Shown here: piece after piece, positions 29,666 to 40,596 of the stretch | Position numbering within the stretch: the stretch's first letter is position 1 | Layout of the letters: each line of letters starts with the position of its first letter | NCBI GenBank assembly: GCA_965216795.1 | Contig: OZ244196.1 | Coordinates: forward strand, 2,650,368 to 2,714,367 | Direction of reading: 5' to 3' | Length of the DNA stretch: 64,000 nucleotides | Source of the DNA: Pseudomonadales bacterium | GTDB taxonomy: Bacteria; Pseudomonadota; Gammaproteobacteria; Pseudomonadales; UBA7434 | Position numbers and translations under genes: made by a program | Notes under the pieces: model-generated | Databases searched by the model: none | Seen by the model: only the letters and a program-made list of their open reading frames with translations | Told to the model about the DNA's origin: nothing

Positions 29666-32335
29666 TCAACTGCCGCTGGCGTTGTTCCAGCGCCTGCGCT
29701 GCAGCCGCAGCGCTGCGAGCACCAGGCCTGCCAGCAAGCTGGCGAGCCCCCAGGGTCCCATCGCGGGGACGTTTTTCCCGGCAAGATCGGGCACAAGCGG
29801 GTTGGAGCCCTGGCTGATTTCCTGGCCATCCGGGGTGCCATCGCCATCGGTGTCAGCATTGAACGGGTCTGTTCCGGCCAGTGCTTCGTCCGTAGCGCTA
29901 AGACCATCATGGTCGTGATCATTAAACAGCGGGTCAAAGCCGTTATCGACCTCAAACTTGTCGAGAATGCCGTCGCCGTCGGTGTCGTTATTGGTTGGGT
30001 CAGTGCCGGCGGTTTGTTCTTCCAGAGACGTGAGCCCGTCGCCGTCGGGGTCTGAGCTGGCGCTGTCGGCAACCAGCGGGTTCAGCCCGAACTGCACTTC
30101 AAACCCGTCTTCCAGCAGGTCGTTATCGGTATCGTTGTCACCCGGGTCAGTGCCGGCGGCCTGCTCCTGAAGGTTATTGAGGCCGTCATTATCGCCATCC
30201 AGTGATTGCTCGCCCGCTGCAAAGGGATCCAGGCTGTTGTCTGTCTCGAACACATTGAGCAGGCCGTCCCCGTCAATATCCATCTCAAAGATGTACGTCG
30301 AACCGGTATCGACGGCGACGCCATCGTCAAAATAGGCACCAACCAGTACCGTGTTTCCTGACAATGCGACGGTCGTGCCGAAGATATCATCAGGTGCAGC
30401 GTCTGTTGCTATGAGCTTTTGATGCTGGGTCCAGGCCTGGCCCTGCTTGATGAACACATAGGCCGAGCCTGCGTCGGTGGCCGCCGCGCCGTCTTGCCAT
30501 GCGCCGAATATCGCCCGGTCGCCATCGACTGCGACGCTTACGCCCAGTTCCGAGCTGGCGATGTCACTGGCCAGTAAAATATCCTGCTGCGTCCAGCTTG
30601 TGCCCGCGCGTTCATAGACATAAACAGCCCCTGCGCGTGGGGTAGCGCCTTCATCCCGTTTGAAAGCACCGACCATGGCGGTATCGCCGCTGACAGAGAC
30701 AGACAGTCCGAATAGATTGCCCGCAGCAGCATCGGAGGCGACCAGTTTTTGCTGCTCTGTCCAGGTCGCCAGGCTATTGGTAAAGACGTAAGCAGAACCC
30801 ACCAGGTCGCCGGTTTGGTGAGCACCCACGATAATCGTGTCGGCGTTTATAGAGACTGCGACGCCAAACAGGTCCTGCACAGCGCCATCACTTGCCGTGA
30901 GTATCTGTTGTTCGGACCAGCTGACCCCCGCGCGGGTAAAGACATAGGCCGCGCCGGTATCCGAAGCGGTGCTATCTTCGAATACCGCGCCCGCGACAAC
31001 GGTATCGCCCTCTAATGCGACTGCGCCTGCAAAATTGTCACCCGCGCCTGCATTGCTTGCGGTCAGCTTGGCTTGCTGCGTCCACACCCCCGCGTTGCGC
31101 ACAAACACGTAGGCAGCGCCAGAATCCGTGCCATCGTCGTCGTCTTTTGGCGCGCCAACGACAATCGTATCGCCACTAATATCGACGGCGGTGCCAAAGT
31201 TGTCATCAGCAGCAGCGTCACTGGCCACGAGTTTTGCCTGTTCGACCCAGGTGCCACCGCTGCGAACATAGACGTATGCCGCGCCTGAACCGGCGGCGAC
31301 ACCGTCTTCTTGCCAGGCGCCCACGACTACAGTGTCGCCGTCCATACGAACCTGGGTGCCAAACTGGTCTTCGAATGCTGCGTCACTGGCGACCAGTTTC
31401 TGTTGCAGCGGCGTGTCGTTCGGGTCGAGTGGGTCGGCGCCAAAGCTGACCTCGTTGCCGTCGGTTGTGCCGTCGCTGTCGGTATCAGGGTTTCGAGGGT
31501 CGGTCCCTGCCGATTGCTCCTGCAGGTTATTCAGGCCGTCGCCATCCGTATCCAGTAGCGCTTCGCCCGCTGCCCAGGGCAGAAAACCGTTGCTGAGTTC
31601 GAAGTCATCGAACAGGCCGTCTGCATCCGCGTCACTGCTTCCGCCTGCTGAGACAAAATAGTTATCGAAAGTCGTCTCTGCACTGGCAGACAGTGTTGTT
31701 GATAGTGCGATGACCGCGCCCAGTGGGTCAGATGACAGCAGGGCGTTGGTTGCAGACAGCGTTTCAAGAAGGACCGGGCTGCTACCGACAGGCAGTTCAT
31801 AGAGCCGGGCCTCCAGCTCGTCAATGCCGGCGCCGCTCCTTCGCAAAACAAGACGATATTGATTGCCAGCGTTGAGTGAGACCGTACCGGTGTCCAGCGT
31901 TGTGCCAAACGCATAGGTTGAGCCCGACTCGTGCACCAGCAGGAAAAACGTGCCGAACACCGTTGCGCGGTAATTCGCGTTGCCGGCGGCATTTGCCAGC
32001 GCCAGGCTGGTTGCAGAATTGCTACCCCAGTCGGTGAAATCGACCGAAGCGGTTGCCGTGTTGTAATTGCTGGCGGTGCCACGCGCATAAGCACTGTAGG
32101 GTGCCGAGCCGCCGGTGACACTCAGGCGGTAGCGAAATTCGCCCGCGTTATTCGGGTCGGCCGGGTAATCAATGGTGGTGGTGCCACTGGCCGCGTTGGT
32201 TTCAGTCCAGTTTGTTACAGGGCTTGTGCCGCTGTCGAAGTTTTCGTACTGCTGGGCAAGGGTGGGTAGCGACAGGCTGGCAAGAAGACTGGCGGCAAGC
32301 CATCGGGTAAAGCAGTAGCGCATTGAGATTCTCAC
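29666..32335 (-). CDS. Large exported FG-GAP beta-propeller / thrombospondin-type-3 Ca-binding repeat protein with an IPTL/PEP-CTERM-like anchor
   Basis: 889 aa. Signal peptide; repeated ~55-aa units (L.ASD.A..D.FG..V...GDT..VGA...D....SGAAYVF); DTDGDGL.N..E...GTDP repeats on both sides; C-terminus [27 protein letters not shown]. Confidence 0.8.
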   Translation of the reverse strand: MRISMRYCFTRWLAASLLASLSLPTLAQQYENFDSGTSPVTNWTETNAASGTTTIDYPADPNNAGEFRYRLSVTGGSAPYSAYARGTASNYNTATASVDFTDWGSNSATSLALANAAGNANYRATVFGTFFLLVHESGSTYAFGTTLDTGTVSLNAGNQYRLVLRRSGAGIDELEARLYELPVGSSPVLLETLSATNALLSSDPLGAVIALSTTLSASAETTFDNYFVSAGGSSDADADGLFDDFELSNGFLPWAAGEALLDTDGDGLNNLQEQSAGTDPRNPDTDSDGTTDGNEVSFGADPLDPNDTPLQQKLVASDAAFEDQFGTQVRMDGDTVVVGAWQEDGVAAGSGAAYVYVRSGGTWVEQAKLVASDAAADDNFGTAVDISGDTIVVGAPKDDDDGTDSGAAYVFVRNAGVWTQQAKLTASNAGAGDNFAGAVALEGDTVVAGAVFEDSTASDTGAAYVFTRAGVSWSEQQILTASDGAVQDLFGVAVSINADTIIVGAHQTGDLVGSAYVFTNSLATWTEQQKLVASDAAAGNLFGLSVSVSGDTAMVGAFKRDEGATPRAGAVYVYERAGTSWTQQDILLASDIASSELGVSVAVDGDRAIFGAWQDGAAATDAGSAYVFIKQGQAWTQHQKLIATDAAPDDIFGTTVALSGNTVLVGAYFDDGVAVDTGSTYIFEMDIDGDGLLNVFETDNSLDPFAAGEQSLDGDNDGLNNLQEQAAGTDPGDNDTDNDLLEDGFEVQFGLNPLVADSASSDPDGDGLTSLEEQTAGTDPTNNDTDGDGILDKFEVDNGFDPLFNDHDHDGLSATDEALAGTDPFNADTDGDGTPDGQEISQGSNPLVPDLAGKNVPAMGPWGLASLLAGLVLAALRLQRRRWNNASGS

Positions 32336-32599
32336 CGGTTCGACTCCCTGGCTTCCTCATCACGGTGCTTTATCGATGCCCTTGGCAATGAGGAATGACT
32401 AGGTGACTGGTGCCCGGGGTGGGCAGGATGCCAGCCACTGGCCCGACCTAGGATAATGGGGTCGGGTTAGCGTGAAAAGCAGCTGGCCTCCGAAATCGGC
32501 TGGACAATGTAAAAAATGGGCCCGGATCAGCGGGGTTCCAGGCCATGGTGAGCAGTGCTTAAGGCCGTTGCTGCACTAATATGGGTCGCAGAGAGGTTG

Positions 32600-33424
32600 C
32601 TACCCTGACGGCTGGCAGTCAGCACAGCGGTAGATGCGCCGCGCGCCCGCTTCGCTGCGTTTGATCTTCGTGCCGCAAACGTGGCAGGGCAGGTTGGCAC
32701 GCCCAAACACCATGAACCTTGCCTGGGCGTGGTTCAGGCCCTCGTTGCGCAGCCAGCGATATTGCTTGTCGGGCAGTGTAACGCCGCCACTCTTATAGCT
32801 GCGATGGCTCACGCTGAGCGTCTGGCGGGCGAGTTTATTGAGCTGGTTCTGGTTGAGATCTTTGGGCCTGGCTGCAGGGTCGATGCCCGCGGCAAAGAGA
32901 ATCTCACTGCGCAGGTAATTGCCGAGGCCGGCCAGAAACTGCTGGTCGAGATACAGCGCCGAGAGCGAGCGTCCAGCAAACGCTTTACTGCGTAGTCGCT
33001 TCGCCACGTCCTGCCAGGTCAGTGCCGGGGCCAGGATGTCAGGGCCAATGCGTGCCAGAAACGGGTGCTCATCCAGCGCATCCTGTTGCCAGACGCTGAT
33101 ATCCGAGGCGCTGTATAGCAGTGCACTGTTTGCCGCAGTATGCAGGGCAAGCCTCAGCTGGCGCTTTGTGGCAGGTAGCTTGCCGCGTTTGCAGGTCTGC
33201 CATACGCCGTACAGTTGATTGTGCGAGTAAATGGCAAGCCCGTTATCAAAATGCGTCAGCAGCGCTTTGCCGCGCGTCTCTATATGCGTTACCCGGTGGC
33301 CTCGCAGCTGCGCAGCATAGCGCTTCAACCGGGGCAGGCCGAAGGCAATATCCTCGATAACCTGGTCTTTGAGTACTGCTTCGATCTTGTCGGCGGCGCG
33401 ACGAATCTCTGGGCCTTCAGGCAT
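32600..33424 (-). CDS. nei: Endonuclease VIII / Fpg-Nei family DNA glycosylase
   Basis: 274 aa. N-terminal MPEGPEIRR catalytic motif and a C-terminal zinc finger (CHVCGT...CADC). Confidence 0.8.
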   Translation of the reverse strand: MPEGPEIRRAADKIEAVLKDQVIEDIAFGLPRLKRYAAQLRGHRVTHIETRGKALLTHFDNGLAIYSHNQLYGVWQTCKRGKLPATKRQLRLALHTAANSALLYSASDISVWQQDALDEHPFLARIGPDILAPALTWQDVAKRLRSKAFAGRSLSALYLDQQFLAGLGNYLRSEILFAAGIDPAARPKDLNQNQLNKLARQTLSVSHRSYKSGGVTLPDKQYRWLRNEGLNHAQARFMVFGRANLPCHVCGTKIKRSEAGARRIYRCADCQPSG

Positions 33425-33566
33425 AAGATGTTCTCATCGGTGAATGCTAGAGGCTTGCCAGCGATGGAAGGCGGTGGCGGCCTGGCAGGTTTGCTGGGAA
33501 TTCTACGATGGCTGTGCTGAAATGGTTCAATGCCGTCAGTAAGCTCTATGTGAGGAATGCAGGGCT

Positions 33567-34280
33567 GTGTGGGATCATCTTATAACCTTGTCGTTGGGAC
33601 CACTGCTGCTGGCTCAGGGTTGGAAAGTGCGCCGCGACACACCGGTCCTGCCTGAGCCACCCGGGCCCAGAAGCGGGGAGCTGGGCGCAGGGCGACGGCT
33701 GAGCGTGCTCATCCTTGGCGATTCGGCCGCCGCCGGGGTCGGGGCAGATCACCAGGACGATGCATTGTCAGGGCAGATCGTGCAGCGCCTGCAATGTGAC
33801 TACACCGTCTCGTGGCGGCTGGCTGCACAGACCGGCGCTACGACCCTGTCGACGATCGATGACCTCGAGGCCATAGCGCCACAAAGGTACGATGTTATCG
33901 TCACCTCATTGGGCGTTAATGACGTGACCTCGGGGGTGGCGCTGTCACACTGGCTAGAGCGACAGCGCCTGCTGCGCGAGCGCTGTTTCCAACGTTTTGA
34001 TGCCGGGATGATCGTCAACGCAGGTCTGCCGCCGGTGCACGGGTTTCCGGCATTGCCACAACCGCTGCGCTGGTATCTGGGGCGCCGGGCCAGCCAATTT
34101 GATGTTGCCTGTGAACAGGCGCTCGAGCAGGAGCCTGCGGTGCGCTATTTGAGCCTGCGCTTTAGTGAAGAGATGTCACTGATGGCCAGCGACGGCTTTC
34201 ATCCTGGCCCGGAAGTCTATAGCCGCTGGGCTGAGCGGGTTGTTGATATTATCCGTGCTTGCATGCCGCCGACTGCCTGA
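33567..34280 (+). CDS. SGNH/GDSL hydrolase family protein
   Basis: 237 aa with a block I GDS motif (LILGDSAAAGVGA) and a GVND block. Confidence 0.7.
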   Translation: MWDHLITLSLGPLLLAQGWKVRRDTPVLPEPPGPRSGELGAGRRLSVLILGDSAAAGVGADHQDDALSGQIVQRLQCDYTVSWRLAAQTGATTLSTIDDLEAIAPQRYDVIVTSLGVNDVTSGVALSHWLERQRLLRERCFQRFDAGMIVNAGLPPVHGFPALPQPLRWYLGRRASQFDVACEQALEQEPAVRYLSLRFSEEMSLMASDGFHPGPEVYSRWAERVVDIIRACMPPTA

Positions 34281-34289
34281 GCGAGCACA

Positions 34290-35393
34290 TTAGTCCGCTA
34301 CGCGAAGCACGATCTTGCCTTCGACCGCGCGCTCCTCAATGAGCCGATGGGCTGCCGCCGCATCGGCCAGCGGCATGGTTTTCCACACCTGTGGCGCGAT
34401 CTTCCCGCTATTTGCCAGGTCGAACAGCGTCGCCAGGTCTTCGCGAAACCTGTGGGGTTGTTCTTCGCGCAAGCCAGTAATCAGGTAGAACGCCGTGGTT
34501 TTGTCAGCGTCGGGGAACAGCTTCCACTTCCATTGTTGCCAGTACCAGCGGGCGAACTCGCCGAGCAGGGCAGACTTGTCGCCAGCGCTGCCAGACAGCG
34601 AGTTCTTGTAGAAGCCATAGATAACCAGCTGGCCAGACTCACCCAGTGCCTGGTAGGAGCGCTTGAAGTTGGCGACACTGATCGCATCGAACACCGCATC
34701 CACACCGCGTTCATCGGTCAGTTGCCGGGTGCGCTCAACAAAGTCTTCTGTGCGGTAGTCTATTGGTACAACGCCCAACGACTGCACATAGGCGTGTTTC
34801 GCCGCCGAGGCCGTGCCGATCATATCCAGCCCTGCAAGTTTGCCAAGCTGCGCCAGCGCAGTACCCACGGCACCGCTGGCGCCATGAATCAATATCGTCT
34901 GGCCGGGCTTCACCTCGGCCAGCCTGTGCAGCATCTGGTAAGCCGTGGTGTAAGACAGAATCAGCGTCACCGCGGCTTCGTCGTCCAGGCCATCGGGTAC
35001 CGCAACCAGGCTCTCGGCTGGTAGTGTGGTGTATTCGGTGTAAGCCCCCCAGACGGTGAGCGCGGCAACACGCTGCCCGACTTCAAGGTCATCGACGCCC
35101 TCGCCGAGTTTGTCCACGACGCCGACCAGGTCGTAGCCGGGCGTTATCGGTGGCTCGCCCGGGGCTTCGGCGTAGATGCCTTTGCGCACCATGATGTCGG
35201 TAAACGAAGCGCTGGCCGTCAGCACCCGGACGCGAACTTCGCCCGCGGCAGGCTCCGGGAGTGAGTCTTCGACGACCAGTTGCAGCACATCGGCATCGCC
35301 GAACTCGCTGGCGACAATTTTCTGGAAGCCCTCGGCGGCGCTAATGAGTGGTAGTAGAGCGAGCAAGCATGCCGCGAGTATGGGATTTTTCAT
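34290..35393 (-). CDS. Exported MDR-superfamily quinone oxidoreductase / Zn-type alcohol dehydrogenase
   Basis: Start moved to ATG 35393 (MKNPILAACLLALLPLISAAEG signal). GEVRVRV..A..NF.D and HGASGAVG NAD(P)-binding motifs. The 90-aa upstream extension in the ORF track is not credible. Confidence 0.8.
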   Translation of the reverse strand: MKNPILAACLLALLPLISAAEGFQKIVASEFGDADVLQLVVEDSLPEPAAGEVRVRVLTASASFTDIMVRKGIYAEAPGEPPITPGYDLVGVVDKLGEGVDDLEVGQRVAALTVWGAYTEYTTLPAESLVAVPDGLDDEAAVTLILSYTTAYQMLHRLAEVKPGQTILIHGASGAVGTALAQLGKLAGLDMIGTASAAKHAYVQSLGVVPIDYRTEDFVERTRQLTDERGVDAVFDAISVANFKRSYQALGESGQLVIYGFYKNSLSGSAGDKSALLGEFARWYWQQWKWKLFPDADKTTAFYLITGLREEQPHRFREDLATLFDLANSGKIAPQVWKTMPLADAAAAHRLIEERAVEGKIVLRVAD

Positions 35394-35409
35394 GATTGCT
35401 AATTTCCGA

Positions 35410-36093
35410 TCAATCAATGCTGAGGTTTTTTGCGAACACCAACTGGACGCTGTTCGTATCATCGCCGGGCTTGTTGACGTGCTGCCATTGCAGACCGATT
35501 GTCGTGGCGGGCAGCCATGTCTCCGGCAGTTTCCCGCCAATAAAAAACCGGTTCTGGTCAAGGCCGCGGCGCACGCCGTTACGCATCGCATTGGCACTGT
35601 AGAAGTATTCGTTCCTGATAATCCAGTGAAGCTTTTTATCCTTTGTCTGGCCGCTGAGTTCAAGGCCGAGCCGTGGCCTCAGGCCAATCGAAGAAATGCT
35701 TTCAATGCGTCGCTGCTCTAGACGAAGTTTTAGCCGGGCAGTTGTGCTGCCCAGCTCGTATGCCCTGCCGATCTGTTGCCATGTTCTGTGCTCGAGGCTG
35801 GTGCCCGCTGGCCGGATGAAGTGGGCATCGTAGCCAAGGGCCCAGGTGTAATCGCCTTTGGTCCCAGCGACGAATGGCCTGAGTAGCGTTCGCTCGAGAT
35901 TCTGCACATCATCATTCCAGCGTAGCTGGATGTCGAGGTTGTAACTCGGTTTGCCTGGCTCGCTGTTGCGCAGTCCCAGCGTGGTCCACGCGCCAAGGTC
36001 TGTCTGTGCCCAGGCTGGGCTGGTTAGCACGCCCGATAGTGTGGTAAGCCAAAGTATGCGTGTTGCGATGTTTTTAACCTGGTTGTGACCCAA
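35410..36093 (-). CDS. Putative outer-membrane protein (DUF2490-like)
   Basis: 227 aa. Signal peptide (SPAWAQ), beta-strand-like alternation. The family call is from memory only. Confidence 0.45.
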   Translation of the reverse strand: MGHNQVKNIATRILWLTTLSGVLTSPAWAQTDLGAWTTLGLRNSEPGKPSYNLDIQLRWNDDVQNLERTLLRPFVAGTKGDYTWALGYDAHFIRPAGTSLEHRTWQQIGRAYELGSTTARLKLRLEQRRIESISSIGLRPRLGLELSGQTKDKKLHWIIRNEYFYSANAMRNGVRRGLDQNRFFIGGKLPETWLPATTIGLQWQHVNKPGDDTNSVQLVFAKNLSID

Positions 36094-36233
36094 TGCCTCT
36101 GCCTCTTCGTTGCTTTACTCTTTGTGCGCATTTGCCAGGCGTGGGGCGCGCTGTGAAGCGACGCTGAATACTGATATTGAGTGGTATTATGGAGCCCCAT
36201 CACCCACAGTATACGTTACTTCTATTATCCGTT

Positions 36234-36914
36234 ATGCACCCAACCCTGAATGCGCGTGTTTTTTGGGTAGTTATTGCATGTTGCGCTATCGCACCTTTGC
36301 CTGCTGTTGCTCTCGATATGGGTCTGGGGCTGGATAGTAGATACATTACCGAAGGTCGTGATAATACCGAGGGTCGTGGTATTGCCTACGCACAGCTTGG
36401 TATGGACGTCGACGGTACGCAGCTCCAGCTTTGGTATGCAAACGCCGGCGAAGGTAATTACCAGGAAGTGAACGTGGGCGCCCGTCGAGCCTGGGATGTT
36501 TCGGGGTTTGAACTTGGCCTGGGTGTTACATACCTGTCCGTCATTGATGCAGGTCTGGATGATCTTGAGCTGGATGCCAGCGCACGCAGGCATCTTTCGA
36601 AGAATTTTGAAGCAGGTGTTGGCCTGACCTATAGCCACCAAAGCCAGGGTGTCTACGGCATGCTCGAGCTTGTTTACAGCCGCCGCGGTGAGCGTGTAAT
36701 CGCAGAGCCCTATATCAGCGTGGGCATTAATAGCGGCTATGTCGTTGAGGAGCACGCAGGCCCCGACAACGTTCAGGCGGGGCTCAGCATCAGGGATAGT
36801 CGCACAGAACAGCTGGTGCTGCACTTTGCCTTTGTTGAACCAGTCAGGGCGCGATCATCTGATTCGCTTGTCCGGGCTCAATGGGCGAGCCTGTCCTACA
36901 TCAAGCGCTTTTAA
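36234..36914 (+). CDS. Putative outer-membrane beta-barrel protein
   Basis: Start at ATG 36234 (signal MHPTLNARVFWVVIACCAIAPLPAVA). Alternating pattern; ends ...SYIKRF. Confidence 0.4.
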   Translation: MHPTLNARVFWVVIACCAIAPLPAVALDMGLGLDSRYITEGRDNTEGRGIAYAQLGMDVDGTQLQLWYANAGEGNYQEVNVGARRAWDVSGFELGLGVTYLSVIDAGLDDLELDASARRHLSKNFEAGVGLTYSHQSQGVYGMLELVYSRRGERVIAEPYISVGINSGYVVEEHAGPDNVQAGLSIRDSRTEQLVLHFAFVEPVRARSSDSLVRAQWASLSYIKRF

Positions 36915-36977
36915 ATCAGGCGGCAACCCGCAGTGAGGAGTGCGGCGGTTCGTGGCCCCGTCTATACCAGGCCCTGC

Positions 36978-37829
36978 CTATTCCAGGCCATAGAACGGCG
37001 CACCGGTACCCTCATCGCGGAACCATTTGGTGATAATGGTCTTGCGCCCCTCTTTGACCGGCATACCCTCGTGGATCGTAGCGGGGTTCAGTGTGCCTTC
37101 GGCTGTCAGGTTAAACCATGCGACGGCGCGACCCAGCCTGGGTGCGATGTCGATATCCAGTTCGGTAAATCGCGTCGCGCCGCCTTGTTTGGGTACTTCG
37201 ATGTAGACCATGAACGTCCAGGTACGCTGGCCGGGATGAAGCAGGGTCTGACGTGCCTCTTGCATGACGCGGGGGCCAAAGTAATCGGCATGTGCCTTGA
37301 ACTCTTCGCCAACGTCGTACACCTGGGCCTGTATCAGCTCTGAATAGCCCAGTTGCACGCCCAGCCGTCGTGAAATCGCCCGGTCGACGTCGGCTACGGC
37401 ATCGCCATAATCGGACGTAAGGAAGCAGGTTTTACTGGTGCGCACCGGGTCCTCGGCGCCGGTGGCGACCACCGATCGCCTCGCGTGCCGCACGCTGATC
37501 TCAACCAGCGCATCGCACTGCTCAGGGCTCAGGAAGTTATCGATCACAACCAGTGGGAAGCGCCCACCGGTATCGACGAACTGTGCTTCGGGGGCTTCGG
37601 CAACGAACTCGCTGCGCGTGAGCCAGGCCGGATAGTTCTGGTAGGCGGTCATCTCCAGCTCGAGGCCGGGGTAGCTCGCACCCATCGCCTCCACGATGGC
37701 AGGTTCAGCGTAGCCATTGTGCCTGAGCGTGTCGCGAACCAGGCAGGGTACCCGCCCGGTGCTCATGCAGTTGTCGACCCACTGCTGGACTTCGTGTTCT
37801 ACCTGTCGTTTCAAAGCGTTATGCACCAA
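36978..37829 (-). CDS. 2OG-Fe(II) oxygenase (prolyl 4-hydroxylase-like)
   Basis: 283 aa. HADYF (HxD) and ATIHEGMPV (distal His) motifs in a P4H-type C-terminal domain. Confidence 0.65.
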   Translation of the reverse strand: MVHNALKRQVEHEVQQWVDNCMSTGRVPCLVRDTLRHNGYAEPAIVEAMGASYPGLELEMTAYQNYPAWLTRSEFVAEAPEAQFVDTGGRFPLVVIDNFLSPEQCDALVEISVRHARRSVVATGAEDPVRTSKTCFLTSDYGDAVADVDRAISRRLGVQLGYSELIQAQVYDVGEEFKAHADYFGPRVMQEARQTLLHPGQRTWTFMVYIEVPKQGGATRFTELDIDIAPRLGRAVAWFNLTAEGTLNPATIHEGMPVKEGRKTIITKWFRDEGTGAPFYGLE

Positions 37830-38330
37830 ATAAGGTCAGCCATAAGGCGACGAATAACCTTGAGTCGTCGTTTTACGATTGGTTGAAGCGAGAGGTTCAT
37901 TCGCGTGAGTGCGCCTGTCGGCCACGCGATGGATGCCTTGTGCCTTACGAGCGTTCCATTTGATAGCCTGGCATTGTCGTTACCCACAGCGACGGCTGTC
38001 TGACCTCGGCAGGAAATGCGGTTCGAACGCGCAGGCGTTCGCGCAAGCCACTCAACACGCTACAGAGTGTTGTTCGTGGCTCCGCCAAGGCGGTTGGTAT
38101 TGGACTTCAGGAAAGGAGACAAAATGGATACAACTGGATTCCAATCTTGATCTAAGGATAGACCCGGGTGCGGGTTTATCCAATCGCAAAAGGCGGCGAT
38201 CGTGAGTCTCTGGATGACCGAAGGAGCAAATTCAGGGAGGCGGCCGACCTGAATTGCAAAGACTTGCTGGCCTTGCGCGTCTTCGGGGCAGGGCATATGT
38301 CATGCCCGGGTATTGGACGGGTAATCGGTA

Positions 38331-38369
38331 AGGTGCATTTGGGGTTTGGCCTGACCGGACCCCAAATGC
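38331..38369 (-). terminator. 13-bp-stem hairpin just downstream of DUF3604 gene 1
   Basis: gtgcatttggggt-ttggcctgaccgg-accccaaatgcac, 15 nt after the stop at 38384. No strong U-tract. Confidence 0.45.
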
Positions 38370-38383
38370 ACCCGAAGCATGGA

Positions 38384-40336
38384 TCAGTTTGGATCAAACC
38401 AGATAGGCGAGGTATAGGCACGTTCCTGGCCAAACTTGGGTGACTGTTCTGGCGCGGCTTCACCGAAGTGTTTCTCGTCAATGGTAGTCCATCGCGGTGT
38501 AGGAATCTCGAGTACCCTTGCGTAGTAAAACGCGCGAAGGTTTGGGTCAAAATCAGGGTCACGCCACACCACGCTCAGTGACGTGTCACCAATGGTGTTG
38601 GTATAACTGGCCGATGCGACATCGACGGTATTGCCCACCGGCTTGACCTTGTTCCGTTTGATTTTGCGACCGTCAGAAGCTGCGACGTTGTATACCTGCT
38701 CCTGGGTGTTGCCTTCGGCATCGACCCAGCCCTTGATGATCTGGATGCGATCGAGATTGGCGCCGATCGGGTCTTTCAGTGCTGAGACTATAAACGTGGG
38801 TGCCTTGTCGCCGCCCGGTGACTGGAGGGTTCCCCCCATGGGCACGCCATTGCGATAGGCATGGGTAACATAATCGTGGCGATCGACCGTGCTGTGGTCA
38901 TAGTCCCAGCCACCAAAAAAGCGCACCGTCATGCGTGGCCCGGTAGTCGCGTAGACTTCTTTGCGCTGCATCGCATCAAACAGCGCCTTGCGGGTGTTCT
39001 CGCGAGCCCAGACCGCTGCGTAGCCCGAAGATGCAGTCTCCCAGTGATGAACACTGATGCCAGAACCCGCATCGTCTTCAAAAAAGCTCTTATGCGCTCG
39101 CCCGGGCATGGGCTCGACCGACGTCATTTTGCCGAAGAAGTTATCTTCATCGCTGGTGGCAAGGCCGGTGTGCGAGTCGGTGCTGCCGATCATGCCGAAC
39201 TTGTAGGGGTTAACCCCGATTTGTTCTTCGAGCGCCAATCCATTTTTGAGCGCAGATCGCGCGTACTCAAACTCGAGCATGTTGTCTTCTTTTGCGGCCA
39301 GGAAAGACAGGTTGCTCATATCCCAGGTTTCATAATCGGCAAACTCGTCGCTGGGCGATAAAACCGGGTGTGCCTCGCCATCGCCCTTGATCTGGGTCAC
39401 CTCAATAATGGGCTCGTATTTCACGCGCAATGCGGCTTGCTCGGCGGTCAGGGGCTCGCCGGAAAAGGTGGTTTCGGCAAACATCAGGCCGTTGCTGACG
39501 TTGCCGTTGTGCGGAATCGACAGAACCCTGCCGCCGGTTGTGGATTCATAATTGGCCAGATATGCCCAGAGATCCTCCGGGTTGCCGCTATCCATTGATG
39601 AAAAGGGTACAACCTGTCCGGTTGTTTGCGCATCGTCGGCAAACAGCACATTGCGGTGCAGGTTGTTACCGCCCGGCATCGATGTGTATTCATAGCCAAT
39701 AAACGCCGTAAATGTGCCTGGCCGGTTATAGGCATCGGCCGTAGCGCCGACTTGCTTCCAGACAGACTCGACCACCGGGGCCGGTACCTCAAGGCCCTGC
39801 AGGGAGCGGATATGCTCAACGGTGATCCAGGAGCTCCCCTGGGTATAAATCTCGGGGTTTTCAGCGGTTGTTGCGCCCATGGACATGAGGCCGAACTCCA
39901 TCACAACGAGTTGGTGCTTTCCCTCGGCTACGTATTTGGCCCAGCGTTTGCCCAGGTTGGTCTCCGCGATATCGGGTGAGCCGGCAAATACCTTGGGGAA
40001 AATGCCCATAAACTCGGCGTGGTCCGACACCATCAAAAAGTCCAGTGGCCTTGCGAGTTTGGCCTTGACGCCCGTCTGGGAGGTGACCGTTTCGCCCATC
40101 GCAAAGCGATACGCATCTGCTGGCGTAATCGTGCGGTTGCCGAAGGTAAAAGCATCCGGAGACTGGTTGGTATGCAGGTGGGTATCGCCCCAAAAAACCT
40201 GGGCCGGAAAATCGTTGGCAACCGGCGGTGAGTATTCATGTTCTTTGGCCTGTGAGCCAGCCGTGGCAAGCACCAGGGCTGTAGAACACAGGAAGCTGCA
40301 AATTACTTTGATCGAACGCGCGCGCATATTAGACAT
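38384..40336 (-). CDS. Exported DUF3604 family protein (paralogue 1)
   Basis: 650 aa. Signal peptide; FWGDTHLHT metal-type motif; conserved C-terminus WRDPDFDP...YYARVLEIPTPRW...SPIW. Confidence 0.8.
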   Translation of the reverse strand: MSNMRARSIKVICSFLCSTALVLATAGSQAKEHEYSPPVANDFPAQVFWGDTHLHTNQSPDAFTFGNRTITPADAYRFAMGETVTSQTGVKAKLARPLDFLMVSDHAEFMGIFPKVFAGSPDIAETNLGKRWAKYVAEGKHQLVVMEFGLMSMGATTAENPEIYTQGSSWITVEHIRSLQGLEVPAPVVESVWKQVGATADAYNRPGTFTAFIGYEYTSMPGGNNLHRNVLFADDAQTTGQVVPFSSMDSGNPEDLWAYLANYESTTGGRVLSIPHNGNVSNGLMFAETTFSGEPLTAEQAALRVKYEPIIEVTQIKGDGEAHPVLSPSDEFADYETWDMSNLSFLAAKEDNMLEFEYARSALKNGLALEEQIGVNPYKFGMIGSTDSHTGLATSDEDNFFGKMTSVEPMPGRAHKSFFEDDAGSGISVHHWETASSGYAAVWARENTRKALFDAMQRKEVYATTGPRMTVRFFGGWDYDHSTVDRHDYVTHAYRNGVPMGGTLQSPGGDKAPTFIVSALKDPIGANLDRIQIIKGWVDAEGNTQEQVYNVAASDGRKIKRNKVKPVGNTVDVASASYTNTIGDTSLSVVWRDPDFDPNLRAFYYARVLEIPTPRWTTIDEKHFGEAAPEQSPKFGQERAYTSPIWFDPN

Positions 40337-40596
40337 AGCCAGCTCTCACCTGGGTTGGGTTGGGGGCATTTGCAGTGCCACTCAAGGGTAAATCTGCGGC
40401 CAATTCTAACGGATTTTCAAAACAAGAAGGAGTTCGTTTCTTTCATTTATTCCTCAGGCCGGGCGCTTGAAAAAGCACCGTATCTCTAGCAGCGATATCT
40501 GTGGGCTTTATCCGTGAAGGCCATTCAATGAACGGGTGCAGGGAAGGCGAATTCAGGTTACTCTAGGCGGAATTGGAGATACGGCAGGTATGATCA

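Noticed and set aside
34290-35663. N-terminal extensions in the ORF track (34290-35663, 19466-20419, 54571-56493, 58525-59121, 25659-26450, 20238-21860).
   Set aside because: Internal starts restore canonical N-termini or signal peptides and have RBS-like sequences. The extensions overlap neighbouring genes or the hairpin elements.
38085-38130. A possible sixth, very degenerate tRNA-fragment copy (ggttggtattggacttcaggaaaggagac).
   Set aside because: Only the ggactt and ttggt words match. There are no flanking L or R arm blocks, so the match is consistent with chance.
38125-38151. An 8-codon mini-ORF (MDTTGFQS) with a good AGGAGA RBS.
   Set aside because: No downstream gene on that strand for over 2 kb, so a leader-peptide role is unsupported. 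It is too short to evaluate.
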